A stretch of 64,000 nt of DNA from Narcine bancroftii (Eukaryota). Shown piece after piece: positions 37,973 to 51,663 of this stretch. Numbering within the stretch: position 1 is the stretch's first letter; each line of letters opens with the position of its first letter. A program made the translations under genes and the position numbers. The notes under the pieces were generated by a model. It made no database searches. It had not been told where the DNA came from and worked only from the letters and a program-made list of their open reading frames with translations. The stretch spans positions 23,374,001 through 23,438,000 of the forward strand of contig NC_091476.1 in NCBI RefSeq assembly GCF_036971445.1, written 5' to 3'.

Positions 37973-38158
37973 TCTTTGGCTTGGCTTCGCGGACGAAGAT
38001 TTATGGAGGGGGTAAAAGTCCACGTCAGCTGCAGGCTCGTTTGTGGCTGACAAGTCCGATGCGGGGCAGGCAGACACGGTTGCAGCGGCTGCAGGGGAAA
38101 ATTGGTTGGTTGGGGTTGGGTGTTGGGTTTTTCCTCCTTTGCCTTTTGTCAGTGAGGT
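37973..38158 (-). mobile_element. RTE-clade LINE short 3' fragment
   Basis: Same family terminus and zinc-finger-like coding remnant CSRC..RIGLVSHKRAC. Confidence 0.88.
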
Positions 38159-38299
38159 CAGTAGAGAATTGGAAATGACAAGGGGTAAGATAACTGGCTA
38201 TTGGTTCCCATATCACATGAAAGAAAATTATATGGAAGAACAAAAGCGAGGAGGAGAGGGCAGGAAGAAAAAAAAATCTACAAAAGAAAAGGAGTGCCC

Positions 38300-38455
38300 T
38301 TATAACCATATAACCACTTACAGCACAGAACAGGCCAGTTGGCCCTACTAGTCCATGCCGTAGCAAATCCCCACCCTCCTAGTCCCACTGACCAGCACCC
38401 GGTCCATACCCCTCTAGTCCCCTCCTATCCATGTAACGATCCAGTCTTTCCTTGC
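38300..38455 (-). mobile_element. CR1-type LINE 3' end with (ATAACC)n tail; other CR1 remnants at about 8150-9160, 9300-9720(-), 17160-17420, 19850-20650, 43380-43940(-) and 47130-47280
   Basis: Typical CR1 3' UTR (GGGCCAACTGGCCTGTTCTGTGCTGTA) with a short tandem tail. RT remnants YLDFQKAFDKV and KFADDMK lie at 8.2-8.9 kb. Confidence 0.65.
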
Positions 38456-39169
38456 AGGGTCGTCACTGAAATCTCGAAGAACTGGGGATAAAAACAATTG
38501 ACAGTCAGTCTCACCCATCATTGTCCATTGTTTCCACGAACTGACCACAGTCCGTGGACCTTAGAATTGCATCTGGACACGAGAGGCATTTTTCACCATC
38601 TGCACTTCTGGCACCATTGAAACAGCGTCAACATCCACATCTTCAATTGTTCTAAGCAGCGGATCCATTTCACCTTCAGTTATTTTTGGTTAGAAAACTA
38701 AATTTAAAAAATAATACTTTGGGGGTAATTTTACACCCTGCTGTCATAACAATTAGTTATCGTTTCCAGATTCATTTGACAAACTTGACGTTTGATACAA
38801 TTTGAAGATACTCTCTCCACGCCAGACGAGGTGTATTTTTTGTTGGGAAAACGCATAAAGGCAGCAACATTTTTCAAGATGCTATGCTACAGAATTTTTC
38901 GGGGTTGTCTCATCTGATTCCAGGAGCTGGAGAATAATTTTTCCTTGGATTGAATGAGCCCCTTTCTCGGCTCGGAGTCTGTGAACTGAGCATCTGTGGG
39001 TGGACCAGATGACTTCCCTCATCCCGGGGAGGTAACTCGCAAGATTCGTGAAACCACCTGGGCAGGGCTCGTCATTGGAAAACAGAAAGAATCAGATATA
39101 CATTTCAATAATCAAAGTTCGATCTGATCGCTTCAGATTTGCTTGAAGGACAGGGCCATTTTAGGTTAT

Positions 39170-39370
39170 GAATGAAACGACGGAGCCCCCGTGCATGCAA
39201 AGCGAGCCCCCTGCAAAGCGGCTGAGTGTCGGCTCGCCGTGCTTTGTCTTGTGGCCAGCGTTCTGCCCCCATCACTGCGTCAATTTCATCTGATCCATGA
39301 CTGCGCGGCCCCATTAACCAGCAAAAAAAACCCCACCAACGCGCCTAGAGCCAGCGAGGGAGGGAAAGAA
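39170..39370 (+). promoter_or_regulatory. CpG-rich putative RAB33A promoter
   Basis: Local CpG enrichment about 200-400 bp upstream of the ATG. Confidence 0.45.
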
Positions 39371-39559
39371 AGGAGTAGCTTTATCCTAAACATAGAGATG
39401 GATACAGTCTCGGTCCTGACTCTTCTGTATGTAACGTTTTAAGTATTCTTTTGATAGGCAATCCTGCTTTATCGATGGATGTGGGATCCCTTTCCTCCTG
39501 AGGAAGAGAGAGAGAGAAAATTTCTGAAGATTTGTTCTTAACACAAAGAAAATTCCAAA

Positions 39560-42500
39560 ATGGCAAATCGAGTGGCGGCGAATGGCGAGACCCGGAGCTT
39601 CACATCCAAGAAGGTGTCCAGGGATTACGACTCGTCTTTGGAACTGTCAGTGCAAACACGGATATTTAAAATCATTGTCATTGGGGACTCGAATGTCGGT
39701 AAGACGTGTCTGACCTTCAGATTCTGCGGAGGGACATTTCCCGATAAGACCGAAGCCACGATCGGGGTGGATTTCCGAGAGAAGCCCGTGACGATAGAAG
39801 GAGAAACGATCAAGGTAACCAGCAATGTACTCGATGGTCCAAGGTTGGTTGTGATATCATCAATTAACGCCTTTCCTTGCATCTGCGAGCTGTCGCTCCC
39901 AGGTGGAGAAATATTCTCCAGTCCAGTGTTCTTGTATTCATGGCGAGGCCAACCTTTCTGTGAGCTATCGCCAAGATGCACACCAGCTTTCCCCAAGGAT
40001 GTCTTCGTTTCAAATGCCTTCCCAGAACCTGGGAAGGTGATTGGACCTGTTCCTAAACCCAAGCCGGGGGTTGGGGGGGTGGGGGGGGGGGGGAGTTGAA
40101 CCTGTCAACACCTTCTGCTTAGAAGGTGTTAACAGTCTGCTGAATTAGAACAATTATGTCTGTGTTTCTGACAAGGTGGTGGGCTTTATAAAAAGGGGCA
40201 ATGAGTCAACATACAGGGGGGGAGACTGAAAACTTGGCTGAATGCTGTACGAACAGAGCAAGAGCAATGCCACCAAAAACAAGGGAAAACCAGAGGACCA
40301 TCCACTGATCACTGGGTATGAAAGGTAGAGAGGACGAGCAAATTTAAATTCTTGAGAGCCATTATCTTGGGAGGACCTTTCCAGGAGCAAATATACAAAT
40401 GTCATTGTGTGTCAGTGCCTCGGCTTCCTCAGGAGTTTGCGGAGGTAGGGTATGACATTGGAAACCTTGGAAAACTTTCACAAATGGGAGTGAAAAGTGG
40501 GTTGACCGGCTGCACTGGGGGCAGAAAGCCCTGCAAAAGGCAGTGGACGCAATCACAAGCAAAACACTTCCTACCATTGAAAAAATCTGCAGGGATTCAT
40601 CAGAGAGCAGGAGCGATCATCAAGAATCCGCACCACCCAGGACTTGCTCTGTTCTCACTGCTGCCATTAATAAAGAGGTATAGGTGCTCCAAGGCTTGTA
40701 AAACCAGGTTCAGTAACAGTTGCTACCCCTCCATCAGACTCAAAACAACAGACTTTATCAGAGACTCATTTAAGGGCTCTTACTTTGCACATTATTTATT
40801 ACTGAATTTTTTTCTGCATTTGAACAGCTAGTTTGTTTACATTTCTTTCCTTGTTTACATTTCTCTCTTTTGTGTACATTTCTTTTCCTGAGTAATATCT
40901 ACTCTACCAATAAGTAGAAATTCTGTCAGGAAAAAGAAATCTCAGGGGTTTTTTTTGAATCTTTTATTTACAGTAAATATATTTCATTCAAAAAAATGTT
41001 CAAAGATTATACATGTGGTAATCAAAAACTGCCCCCTCCCCACTCCTTCCCCAGACATCTCGAAAAAGAACAAAGAAAGAAAAGAAAAGAAAAGAAAGAC
41101 TGGAGAGTGTCAAAGAAATAAACAATATATATATCATAAAGTTTAATATTGGAGGTTACCAAGAGGTCTTCAGAGAGTCAATTAAACATTCATACCCACA
41201 TTTTGCAAATATGGGCATCATATTTTCCAAAATAGATTATACTTATTTTGTAAACTGTAAGTGATCATCTCAAGGCTATGAAGTTCTGCATGTCATCTCT
41301 CTATCTCTAAGCCTGTGTCTGATTTCCAAGTTGTTGCTATACAATTCCTAGAAACTGCTAAAGCAATCTGTACAAATTCAGTTTGATGCATAGTTAATTT
41401 TAATTTAGGTCTTATAACCTTAATATTACCCAGGAAAATTAGCATCGGATCATGTTCCAAAAAGTTACCAACTTCCACCCAGAAGTGTTTAACTTAAGGA
41501 TACTGCCAAGTAGAATGTAAAAATGATCCAGTCTCTCATCCACATCTAAAACACAGATCTGATAATGTGGGGTTCAATTTTTGAGGAGTCAGATATAACT
41601 GATGCAAAAAATTATATTGAACCAACCTACATCTAACATTTATAATTTTTGTCATTTTATCTTTACATAATTCCATCCAGTCTTTATCATCTATTTATCT
41701 ATTTAAATTCACCTCCCATCTTAATCTCAACTTTTGCACCCTATTTTGGGGTCTTTCTTTTGAAGTAAATTATACATTACAGAGATAAATTTACCAATAT
41801 TACTATAATAAATCAGTAATTCCAATTCGCTCCAGCTAGGTAGCATCAAACTCAGACCTATTTTATCAATCAAAAAAGCCTTAACTTGTTAATAGCAAAG
41901 GAAAGTATTATTAGGCACATTAAATTTATTCTTCATTTGTTCAAATGTTCCAGCTTCAAAACAATCCTCTATCCTCTCAATACTCATCCACATCTAAGAC
42001 ATAATGGCATTTATTGTGAAACTAAGCCTCTCATGTCTATTTTGTAATCAATTTTATTCCATAATTCCATCAAAAGTTTCAAAACAAACAATTTGCCAAC
42101 AATTTAGAATTCCATTTATAAATAAAATCCTGTAAATTTATTTCTTCTATTTTACTAAGTTCGATATAGTCCCAAAATATCTACACCAAACAGTACATTT
42201 ATAAATCTCAATTTGGCAGCCTTAAAATAATTATTAAAATGGAGAAGTTGTAAACCCCTAATTGAAACTTCCAAGTCTGTTTTTCCAAAGAAACCTTTGC
42301 CATTTTCCCTTTCCATAACACTCGAATTCAAATCCTTAATTTTTTTTTGAGGAATTGAGATGGGAATTGACTGACAAAGATAATGAACTCTAGGAAAAAT
42401 ATTCATCTTAATACAATTTACCCTACCTACTAAAGTTATAGGTAGGATATTCCACTTATTCAAATCCTCAATAACTTTATTAAGTAATGGTAAGTATTTT

Positions 42501-45500
42501 AATCTATATAAATTATTCAAATCGTTATCTTCCCGAATACCTAAGTATTTAATTCCAGCATCTGGCCACCTAAATTGAGTGGCCTTGCTACACTGAGTAT
42601 AGTCGCCCTTAACTTAAGGCATAATTTCATTTTTATCTCATTTAATCTTATACCCAGATACTTCACCATATTCTTCCAGTCTTGTATATAGTTGACACAA
42701 AGAATTCATAGGATCTGTCAAGTAAACCAATATGTCACCAGCAAACAGATTTATTTTATATTCTTCTTGATTAACCTTTATATCCTTAATCTTAAAATCC
42801 TGTCTTATTAGCTCTGCTATAGGCTCTATTGTCAAAATAAACAGGACTGGTGATAAAGGACAACCCTGTCTACTCGATCTAGTTAGATGAAAAGAAGAAT
42901 TCTCAGGGTTGTATGTGACATTATGTGTGTACTTTGACAATAAATTTGAATTTTGATTTTGACTTTGAACTTCATTTGGCATCATTTACATAAAACAATA
43001 TCACAAGGTCTGACATAGGAACACCCTTAGGAAAAATTGTCATTGATCACAGTAGAAGATGCAAAGTGGTTTCTATAAAATTCAGATCTCTTGCAGAAGA
43101 AATAGTTTCTATGTCATTTGATGATATAGCATAAACATTTGGCAGTGGATCACTGCTGTTCAAATGTCAGTTGGATACTTGGGTGTGAACTTGCTCAACC
43201 TGTAAAAGATCAATTATAAATTTGAGGAAATTCTCAAACTCTAGGCTTAGGTTGCCTATTCAAAGTGGATGCTTGCTAAACTGGAACCAAGGAACCTGAA
43301 TAATGGCACTTGTTTGAAGCTTGGGCCACTACACTAACAATGCAACCCTTGTCCTGGACTGAAGGATCTAATACTTTGGAATAGCCTTCTATGTGGGAAC
43401 CTTGTCAAACACTTTACTGAATTCCATTACATTAGGCATACTGACTTCATCAATATAAGGAAGCATTGGTATCAGGCTGTCGTGTTCTGAAAACTGGTAT
43501 ATAGTGTTACACTTAAAATCTTAATCAAATTAGTCAGGTAGGTCTTCTATCATTAGTATCTTGCTGGCATTGTCTAATATAGCCTGCCTTTCCAAGTGTA
43601 GAAGAATCAGAATTCTTTCAATAGTTTCCCTACCACAGGCTTTAGACAATGAAAAAAACAATTACCTTCCTTGTCTTTGCTTACTTGTTACCGTCTAGTC
43701 TTCTGGCCCCTCTTTTTAAGCCAGTGAAGATAAATATTTCCATCAGGGCCTCTGCAATCTCCTCCTATGCCCCCCATAGTAGCATCTCATTAGCCTCAGA
43801 GATTTAGCGCCTGGTTTTTTAATCTTATTATGTTTTAGAATTTTACCATCTTAACTAAAATCTCCAGCCTCAATGCCTTTTGTTATTGCGAAAGGTGTTG
43901 AAAAATATTAATTTATGACCACTCTCACAACTTCTGGCTCCATGAAATATTCCCACTTTGGTTAAAAATTATGACCCTTTCAGTTTAGTGAGCAGCGGCT
44001 ATTAATTCTAAATGCTGAAGAGAGATCTTAAGATATGAAACAACATGTTTTTATACACAGCCTCTGCATTCCAGAAAATTATTCCCAGTTTCCCAGAACT
44101 CAGTCTGTGTCAAAAGATGGGTTTGGGAATAAGGGACTCTTTCCCGATCTGACATTTTACCTCCTTAGTTATTTTCATGGATTGCCTACCATCTAAATTG
44201 AACTGCAGGCAATCTGTGAACAATGGGCAAATGAATGGGATGTCCAGCCTCCTTAAATACCGCATGTCAGGTATGCTGCCTAAACTTGCGGTGTGATATC
44301 GATATTTGGAGTTCTGGTCATTCTTGTGTGAATGACTACTCCTGGAAGGTAGGGGAACACTTCAGATTGGAAAAGTCACACAAGTTCTGTGTAAAAAAAA
44401 TTGATTGACTACTGGCCACCATCCTAACACCATTCTACAGGAACACAATACAGAGTGTCCTGGCTGACTGCATTATCGTGCTACAAAGCATCAGATTGGA
44501 GGTCAGTATGGAGGATGATTAAAACTGCTGACATGATCACTGGGGTCTCCCTTCTCTCTATTGCCAATATCTACAGGGAGTGTGGTTAAAGAGGGCTCAG
44601 AGAATCATTGAGGACCCTTACCATCCAGCCACAGTATCTTTGAGACACTACTTTCAAGGAAGAGGTTCAGTAGCATAAAAACCACGACTGCCAGGCTGGG
44701 AAACAGCTTCTCCCTGCAGGCAGTGAGTGTAGAACAATCCTAGAAATCGGTAAATCATTTTAATATATATTTATATTTTGGATCACTATGTATATATGAG
44801 GTTTGTGTGAAGAGGGAACTGTAGTGTCTGTGTGTGTGTACAGTGGTCTGGCAAATAACTGTTTAATCGCGTTGGATATGTATATGTAAATTCAATTAAC
44901 ATAAAATTCTATCTACACTTTGCTGCAATGCTGTCACCTTTTGTTCTTTGTACCTTTATTCCTTTGTTTGATTTGTCACTTGGGTAATGTGATGCTCTAC
45001 TTGGTGAATCATTGACTGAATTAATTTTTAAAATAAAATTTGATGAGCTGATGGTCAAAATGGAAGTAATAATTTCAACACGGACTGTGTAACTTACTGA
45101 TTAAAAAGGTTAATTGCTGAATTGGCTTATAATATGCAGGATACCTGTGTAGTTACTTTGATAACCAAAGAAGGCTTTGGATGTTGATCAGTTTTAGGAA
45201 AAACAGTACTGTAGTGCTTTTGTGTCCTTCTACCAAAATTCATGGAATAATTTTGATTGTCATTTTGAAGCAAAATGAGGCTTTTAAATAAAATATTTCA
45301 TATCTTTCTATATTTAACCCTAATCAATGATGCTGACCAGTATATGTGTTCATTATTCATGAATGTTGTTAGTGAGTTTATAATCTGAATCTTCAACATT
45401 TAGGTACTCCTAAACCTAACTATTCATTTACTCAATGGTCTCTTTAGTCATCCCATATGACCAGTTATTTCTGACTTTGCTCAAACAATTCTTTAATGGA

Positions 45501-47775
45501 ACTTGTGCCAACTTCTATGTTCACTAGTTTTAATTACACTGGAAAATGAAGATTTTGCTTCTTGAACACTTTTGGGTGTATTTTACAGTTTTTAGGCTGC
45601 TGGTCATGAAAACCTTCTTAAAACTTTCCTAACATGTACAGTTTTTTTTAGATATAACCTATTTTTGTGATTTCCTGTCATATTTTAAGTCTACTGGTAT
45701 AGTGCCACTAGCAAGCTATCTGGTCAGTCCAAACATGCCTGGGCATGCACTCAGTGCAGGTGCTATGCCAACGTTGTCTTAGGTCTGGAAGGCATTTAAA
45801 GATGTTGTTGACAATTTTCTTTGCAACTACTGAGCACCAGGTTACATCCAGCTGATTGACAACATGCTTCAAACATACAAAACCATGAGGTGCAACATGT
45901 CTTCCCTACTGATCTTGGTGCAGTCAATGGCGAACATGGTGAAAGGTTTCACCAGGACATTGCGACCATGGAAAAGCGGTATCAGGGCAAGTGGAATCCA
46001 TCAATGTTGTCTGACTATTGTTGGACAGTGATACAAGAGGCTGAGCAAAAATGAAAAATAGCGACAAAACATTTTTAGGTCATTTAAACTAATGCAATGT
46101 GTCAGCGTCGTTATACAATTTGTATTCAGCTTTAAGTTGTGTATCATAATCTCCAATTTTATTTCAGGAAGCAAACCTTCTGAAAAATACTTGTCCAGTT
46201 TTATCAGTGAAGCCCTCATAAACTGCAATAGTAATTTTCCATTTAATCTACCAAAACTTTTTTAAAATTAACAAATAATAGAAATGCTTCTATCATTTCT
46301 TCATCAATGCTATTCTGGTCAATTGTTTTCATGCATCCAATGTCTTGCTATAATGGATGGTGAAAAATGATACCAAATGTCCATTAATGCATTGCCACCT
46401 TTACCATCTATATATCCTAGATTTAATTGTTTGATCTATCTGTCCTCTCACTTAAGGATTTCTGACAATGACACTGCAGCATGTTAAGCCCATAATGATC
46501 ATTTGAAACAACAAAAAAAAACCAATTTATTTAATACAAGTTGAAGAATCACTCTGTGGAGGGGTGACGTTTACAAAGAGTAATTTCCTGTATACCTCTT
46601 TTGAAGCCAGTGCCAAAAAAACAATGTTATATTTTCATTCAATGCTTCTACATTTAAGTGGTTTGTCTCCAACATCCAGTTCTGATGCCAAGTTGTTGAT
46701 TTATAATGTTAATTCTAATTTTCTCTTCACAAGTGCTGATTTGACTTGTTAACTATTTCCAGCATCATCTGATATTTGTTTACCTAACTGATCTATCATA
46801 CCATGTATAAAATGCCAGCCAGATTTCCTTAGATAACCATCATTATCTTCTGAAGTCACTCGAATTTGCATTCTGTGAGAGTTTTAGAGGTGTGTTTAGA
46901 CCTTGATTTCTATTCCATAGCCCATTGCTGAAACAATAGCATTTATTTCATTTCTTCTCTCTCAGGCCAGTGAGGGGAAATTAGGGTGAGTGATTGTGTA
47001 TTAATGGGGTCCACTTGTGTATCCTTCAAGTATCCTCTTCCATTCTTTATCATTGTTTACTGGATGGTATCTATGGAAACAAATTACTTCTTTCAAAAGG
47101 GGAAAAAAACCTCTTTTTAACATGGCCAAGTCATTAGGTATATTTAAAGGGAGGTTGGTAGGTTCTTGATGAACAAAGATGTCAAAGGTTATGGGGAGAA
47201 GGCAGGAGAATGGGATTGCAAGGAAATATATACAGTATCAGTCATGATTTGAATGACAGAGCCGACTCAGTACGTCAAATGTCCTAACATTACACCATAA
47301 TTTCCTATAACTTCTTCCTTCTTATTTTTAGATTCAAGTCTGGGATACAGCTGGACAAGAACGGTTCAGGAAAAGTATGGTACAACACTACTACAGAAAT
47401 GTACATGCTGTGGTATTTGTATACGATGTAACAAAACTGGCCTCCTTTGGAAACCTGAAAGCTTGGATTCAAGAATGCAACAACCACTCAGTTTCACCCC
47501 ATGTACCACGGGTGCTGGTTGGCAACAAATGTGATCTCACCAATGAGATCCAGGTATCTTCCAATGTAGCACTCCGCTTTGCTGATGCCAACAACATGCT
47601 TTTGTTTGAAACATCTGCCAAAGATCCAAAAGAAAGTGACCATGTGGAGTCCATTTTTATGTCTCTTGCATGCAAGCTGAAAGCACAAAAAACATTGACA
47701 TTCCAAGAGATGCCAAAAAGAGATAGAAAAGTTCATGCATCACAGTCAAACACTCGGAGTACATGTCCATGTTGA
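39560..47775 (+). CDS. RAB33A: Ras-related protein Rab-33A, 232 aa; join(39560..39814,47332..47775)
   Basis: GDSNVGKT P-loop, [19 protein letters not shown] and ETSAK motifs, with a C-terminal CPC prenylation motif. [26 protein letters not shown] and the CPC end match RAB33A better than RAB33B, as I recall those sequences. Confidence 0.93.
40955..42900 (-). mobile_element. Degenerate L1 ORF2 3' half in the RAB33A intron
   Basis: [33 protein letters not shown] and ATTWKS remnants. Confidence 0.85.
45537..46200 (+). mobile_element. Internally deleted DNA transposon, probably Chapaev3 (CMC superfamily)
   Basis: Transposase C-terminal [37 protein letters not shown] at about 45914-46025. The ends CACTGGAAAA and TTGTCCAGTT form an imperfect inverted repeat. 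The superfamily call is from recall of the motif. Confidence 0.65.
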
Positions 47776-49519
47776 GTGGTTTAGAATGAGGAGGTGAGAT
47801 TGAAAGCTATTAGACTGCACCTGTGTCAGTTTGTAAAAATGATTTGCTTGTACTTTAATGAATACAATATTTGAGAAAAAAGTTGGAGTTCCTAAGACTG
47901 AATAAACTCAATTAATCAAAGTTATTTTATAACATAAACTATTACCTTTTAATAATTTAAGCTAATTTTCAAATAAACATTGCCATTTGGAAAGTATCGA
48001 GTGAAACACCACCAAGTTTGTAAATATGCAATGATGTTCGAATTGGTATGGTGCTGAGGTCGCCTTTCCAACTGTATTGTAAAGCTCTGGATGCATGAAA
48101 TATAAGGGCTATTCCTGTAATCACATATGGTCAATGGAAAGGGGCATGCAGGTTAAAGGGGCAGGCAGGTTAGAGTGAAGGCAACAATAGTGGAATTCTG
48201 ATGCCTCAATCTCTCTCCCTGTTAAGTGCATTGTATTATGGAATCAGTGCAAGGTCTGTGCTTTCACCTCACCAGTGGTTTGAGTTTTGAAAGCCAACTG
48301 TTCTGGAAAACAGTCTCCGCTGAAAAGACAAATCTGAGTATATATCAAGAGGCAGAATTCATGAAAGGATAAATGTTACAATGCAGTTGATTATCTTTTA
48401 GCTGTGTACTAAAATGCTTTTACACAAGAGGGAATCTTATTTGCAGAAGTCCCTCAGGGATCTCTGCTAAGATTTTCACCTTGGTGTTGTTTTTGCAGTG
48501 CTTTGTTTAAGCCGTTTTGGTCAAAGCCTTTTTCAACAGGCATTGGAAAATGTGAATAAACTAGGAGTGAAGCAAAAGGGCACTGTAGATATGAAAGGTG
48601 AAAAAGAAGCTATTTCAAAGGTCTCATCTTGATGTGACAATAGATCTTCTTCAGACAAATTAATTAAAGTCTGCAGAAACTGCAATTACCTGTGACTGGA
48701 AGATAGTGATCAGATGGTGATTGGTGGTGCCAATTCATGGTGCTCTGACCTGTGATTGAATTAGGAATGAGAAGAAGAGTTTACTTTTCATCTTTATTGG
48801 GATTTCTTTAAAACCCAAGAAAGAGTATGGTCTCAGAAAACTGGGGATGGGGCATAAGGAAGGGGGAAAATTACATGAGAATAGTTTTATTCCAATTCAA
48901 GAAATAAATTTAAAGGAAAGTATTGAGTTATCAAAACATAAGCCAGGAGTCATCACTTCTGCATGCATTAAGAGCCTCCCTAGTCCCTGTAAAACAGTAG
49001 TGTTTTCTAGCATGGTGTCTGCTGGCTTTAACCCATCGGTACCTTTTCTGCTTACAAATGTTGCTAACTTTTTGAACTGTATAAAGCACTATGTTTATTC
49101 AGGGGACAAAGATATTGACCAGTGAATTTAGAAGAGCAGTGGAAGGTTTTCTCTTCTATAGTCCTCTGTTCCCATCTTCCTCTAAACCTCGCATGCTTGC
49201 AGACTATTTCAACTGCTGGTGTAAAATATATCTTTACATTTCAGTGCTAATTGACCAATATTTGGCAACATGTCAAGCAGATGCATTAGGCAGCGCATGG
49301 ATTGGGTCAAACAAGGCTACCGTTTGCTGAAGTCTTGAGACAGAGGACAGTGCCGGAACTGAATCGAAAGTACAGTTTGGCTAATGAAAGTTATTGTACT
49401 GTAGTTTGTGTAAATCCTTTATTATTGATATACACTGTGAGAGCAGTGTGCAAATCTTCTTGTAACGTAAAACAATGTATCCTATGTTTCTAATTCCAAA
49501 AGAAATGAAGAGTTAAGCA

Positions 49520-49525
49520 AATAAA
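49520..49525 (+). terminator. Candidate distal RAB33A polyadenylation signal (a proximal AATAAA lies at 47901)
   Basis: AATAAA at the end of an approximately 1.75-kb 3' region with no recognisable TE, followed by T-rich sequence. Confidence 0.45.
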
Positions 49526-50094
49526 ATGCAATCAATTTCAAAACAATCTTCTTTGGTCTTTGGGAATGAGAAAATTAAGAATGTTAAGTACTGTAATGGA
49601 AAACAGCCCCAAATGAGAATGTGCCTACTCACAGTTTACAATTACTTTAATGCAACCTAGTCTTAACAAATTTTATTTAGTTTCCATATATTGATCCAAT
49701 TCTTTAGAAAGTTATTTTTGAGTCCTGACTGATCAATGTTCAGAAAATCATTCCAGAACATAACATAGAGTGCATTTTCTTGTTGAGCCACTGCTTTCTC
49801 CATGGATATTGAAATCTATGTTCCCTGGCTTCTGACCTTTCTGACACTGGAACTGTAATGACTACTTTCCTTTATAGTCACTTGGATGTTAAAAGCTTGT
49901 TGTTGTCTATGAGTCATTCGAACAAATTCATATTAGAGATAAGTTGAGTTTTCCAAAGTTTATTAAATGATATTAAACTTTGTTAAATGTTAAACGGTAT
50001 TAAATGTAGTTAAATGGTCAATAGCACTGCACTCCACCTAAAAGCTCCTTTGCGCAGGCCCGAGGACAGGTCCACGTCCTCCCCCTCCATGTAG

Positions 50095-50168
50095 TTGACG
50101 TGGACATTTACCCCCTCCATAAATCTTTGTCCGCGAAGCCAAGCCAAAGAAGAAAGAAAAGAAGAAGA
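50095..50168 (+). mobile_element. RTE-clade LINE very short 3' fragment with an A/G-rich tail
   Basis: TGACGTGGACATTTACCCCCTCCATAAATCTTTGTCCGCGAAGCCAAGCCAAAGAAG. Confidence 0.85.
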
Positions 50169-50476
50169 GAGTGTTGGAAGAAGCTTTTTAACTATCCCTC
50201 TCTCAGAATACAAGAAACTAAAATACCCTTATCTCCCTAACGAGCAGAGAGAGCTAGTTATGGTCCTGAAGAAGAGATGTTGCTAGAAGACAGAATAAAA
50301 ATGTTAAACAAAAAAACCCCACAGACCGACAAATGGCAGGCATGAAACACATTTTAACCCTATAATACTGGCCTCTAATTATTATGTTTAAAAGTAATAA
50401 TTACCATAAAGAAAAAAATCAAACACAGTAGTACATAGTAGTATATATTGGTTAAATTTCAAAAGAAAATAAAATT

Positions 50477-51030
50477 CAATGATCAAAACTTTCTGCCTCT
50501 GGTAAAAGACAGATTTTGGTAATTGGTCTGTGCAGAAAGCCAGTTTTAGATTGGATCTGAACTTGACATATAAGTCCCATTTTGTCCTGAATGGTATCAA
50601 CAATCTTCCCTATCAACCAGGAATTTTGAGATGTTGAATTGTCCATGACAATTACGATGCCCCTGAGCATGAAATTACGCCTGATCTTAGACCATTTCTG
50701 TTGCTCATGCAACAGTGGAAGATATTCTTCCACTTACCTTTTTGAGAACAAATCTAATATAAATTGCACTTGATTCCACCTGCGTGAGCCAACAGGGGAA
50801 TGGATGATCCCAACTGATTCCTTCCTGGACTGGCGCATTATGAATCTGACCTTGATTCCAGTCCTTAAACGCTTTCTTCAATTTGTGTTGAGCCCCCACA
50901 AAGTTGGTACCAATGTCAAATTGTAGTTCTTTTACCTGACCGTGCCTGGCGATAAACTGCCAAAGGGCATTACTGAAGGATCCTGTGACAAGTGATGATG
51001 CCACTTTGATGTGAATTGCTCTTATTGTTT
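50477..51030 (-). mobile_element. BEL/Pao LTR-retrotransposon integrase C-terminal remnant
   Basis: SF.NAL..FIARHG..GTNFVGA and EYL..L....KW...R....G.IV.V.D......W..G.I..RPITKICLL, which is the Pao integrase/DUF5641 pattern. Confidence 0.8.
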
Positions 51031-51663
51031 AAACGTGAAATATTTGAAAGCTTGAAATCCATCTCAGATGGAAATCTGTCACATATTTTTAAGAATAAAA
51101 AAGCAAGAAAAATGATAGAAAATGCAACAAAAGTGGAAAAATCATCGAAAAAGAGTTAATGCAAACTCATCTGTACTCCTCGTTTTCCATGCTATTCATG
51201 AACATCATTGCTCTACTGCATTGAATCAGCTTTTGATTTAGATGTTTAACCAAAACTGTGTGGATGAGTTGGACTAAGACTCAACTGTTACTCTTTATGA
51301 TTAAGTAGGCTGCTAATACTCATTATCACAGGGACAGAAGCTCAGATGAGGTACACGAATATTGCCTTTGTCCATTGTGCAATTTCTCAGTGAGGGTTGT
51401 ATTGAATCTGCTTGCAAATTGCCTTGTGACAGTGTTTACCAATGGCTGCCATTATCTAATATCTAACAAATAGTCAGTGTAGAATCCACCGTACCAGCCC
51501 ACAGGCATCCCTTATCGTAGAAAGCTGCCAACTCATCTCTTTACCCATGATCACATCGCAACTGCTGGGAACCTGGCACCCAATGTGATAGAAAACTGAA
51601 ATGACTATTTGCCAGTCAGAATGAAAATTTACAAGCTCTCACAATTCTTATCAAGTCTTCAGA

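Noticed and set aside
39131-39158. REST/NRSE site upstream of RAB33A
   Set aside because: Only the right half (GGACAGGGCC) matches; the left half and the spacing are non-canonical.
39815-40099. In-frame extension of the RAB33A exon 1 ORF
   Set aside because: There is a strong AAG/GTAACC donor at 39815, and the GTPase continues in exon 2.
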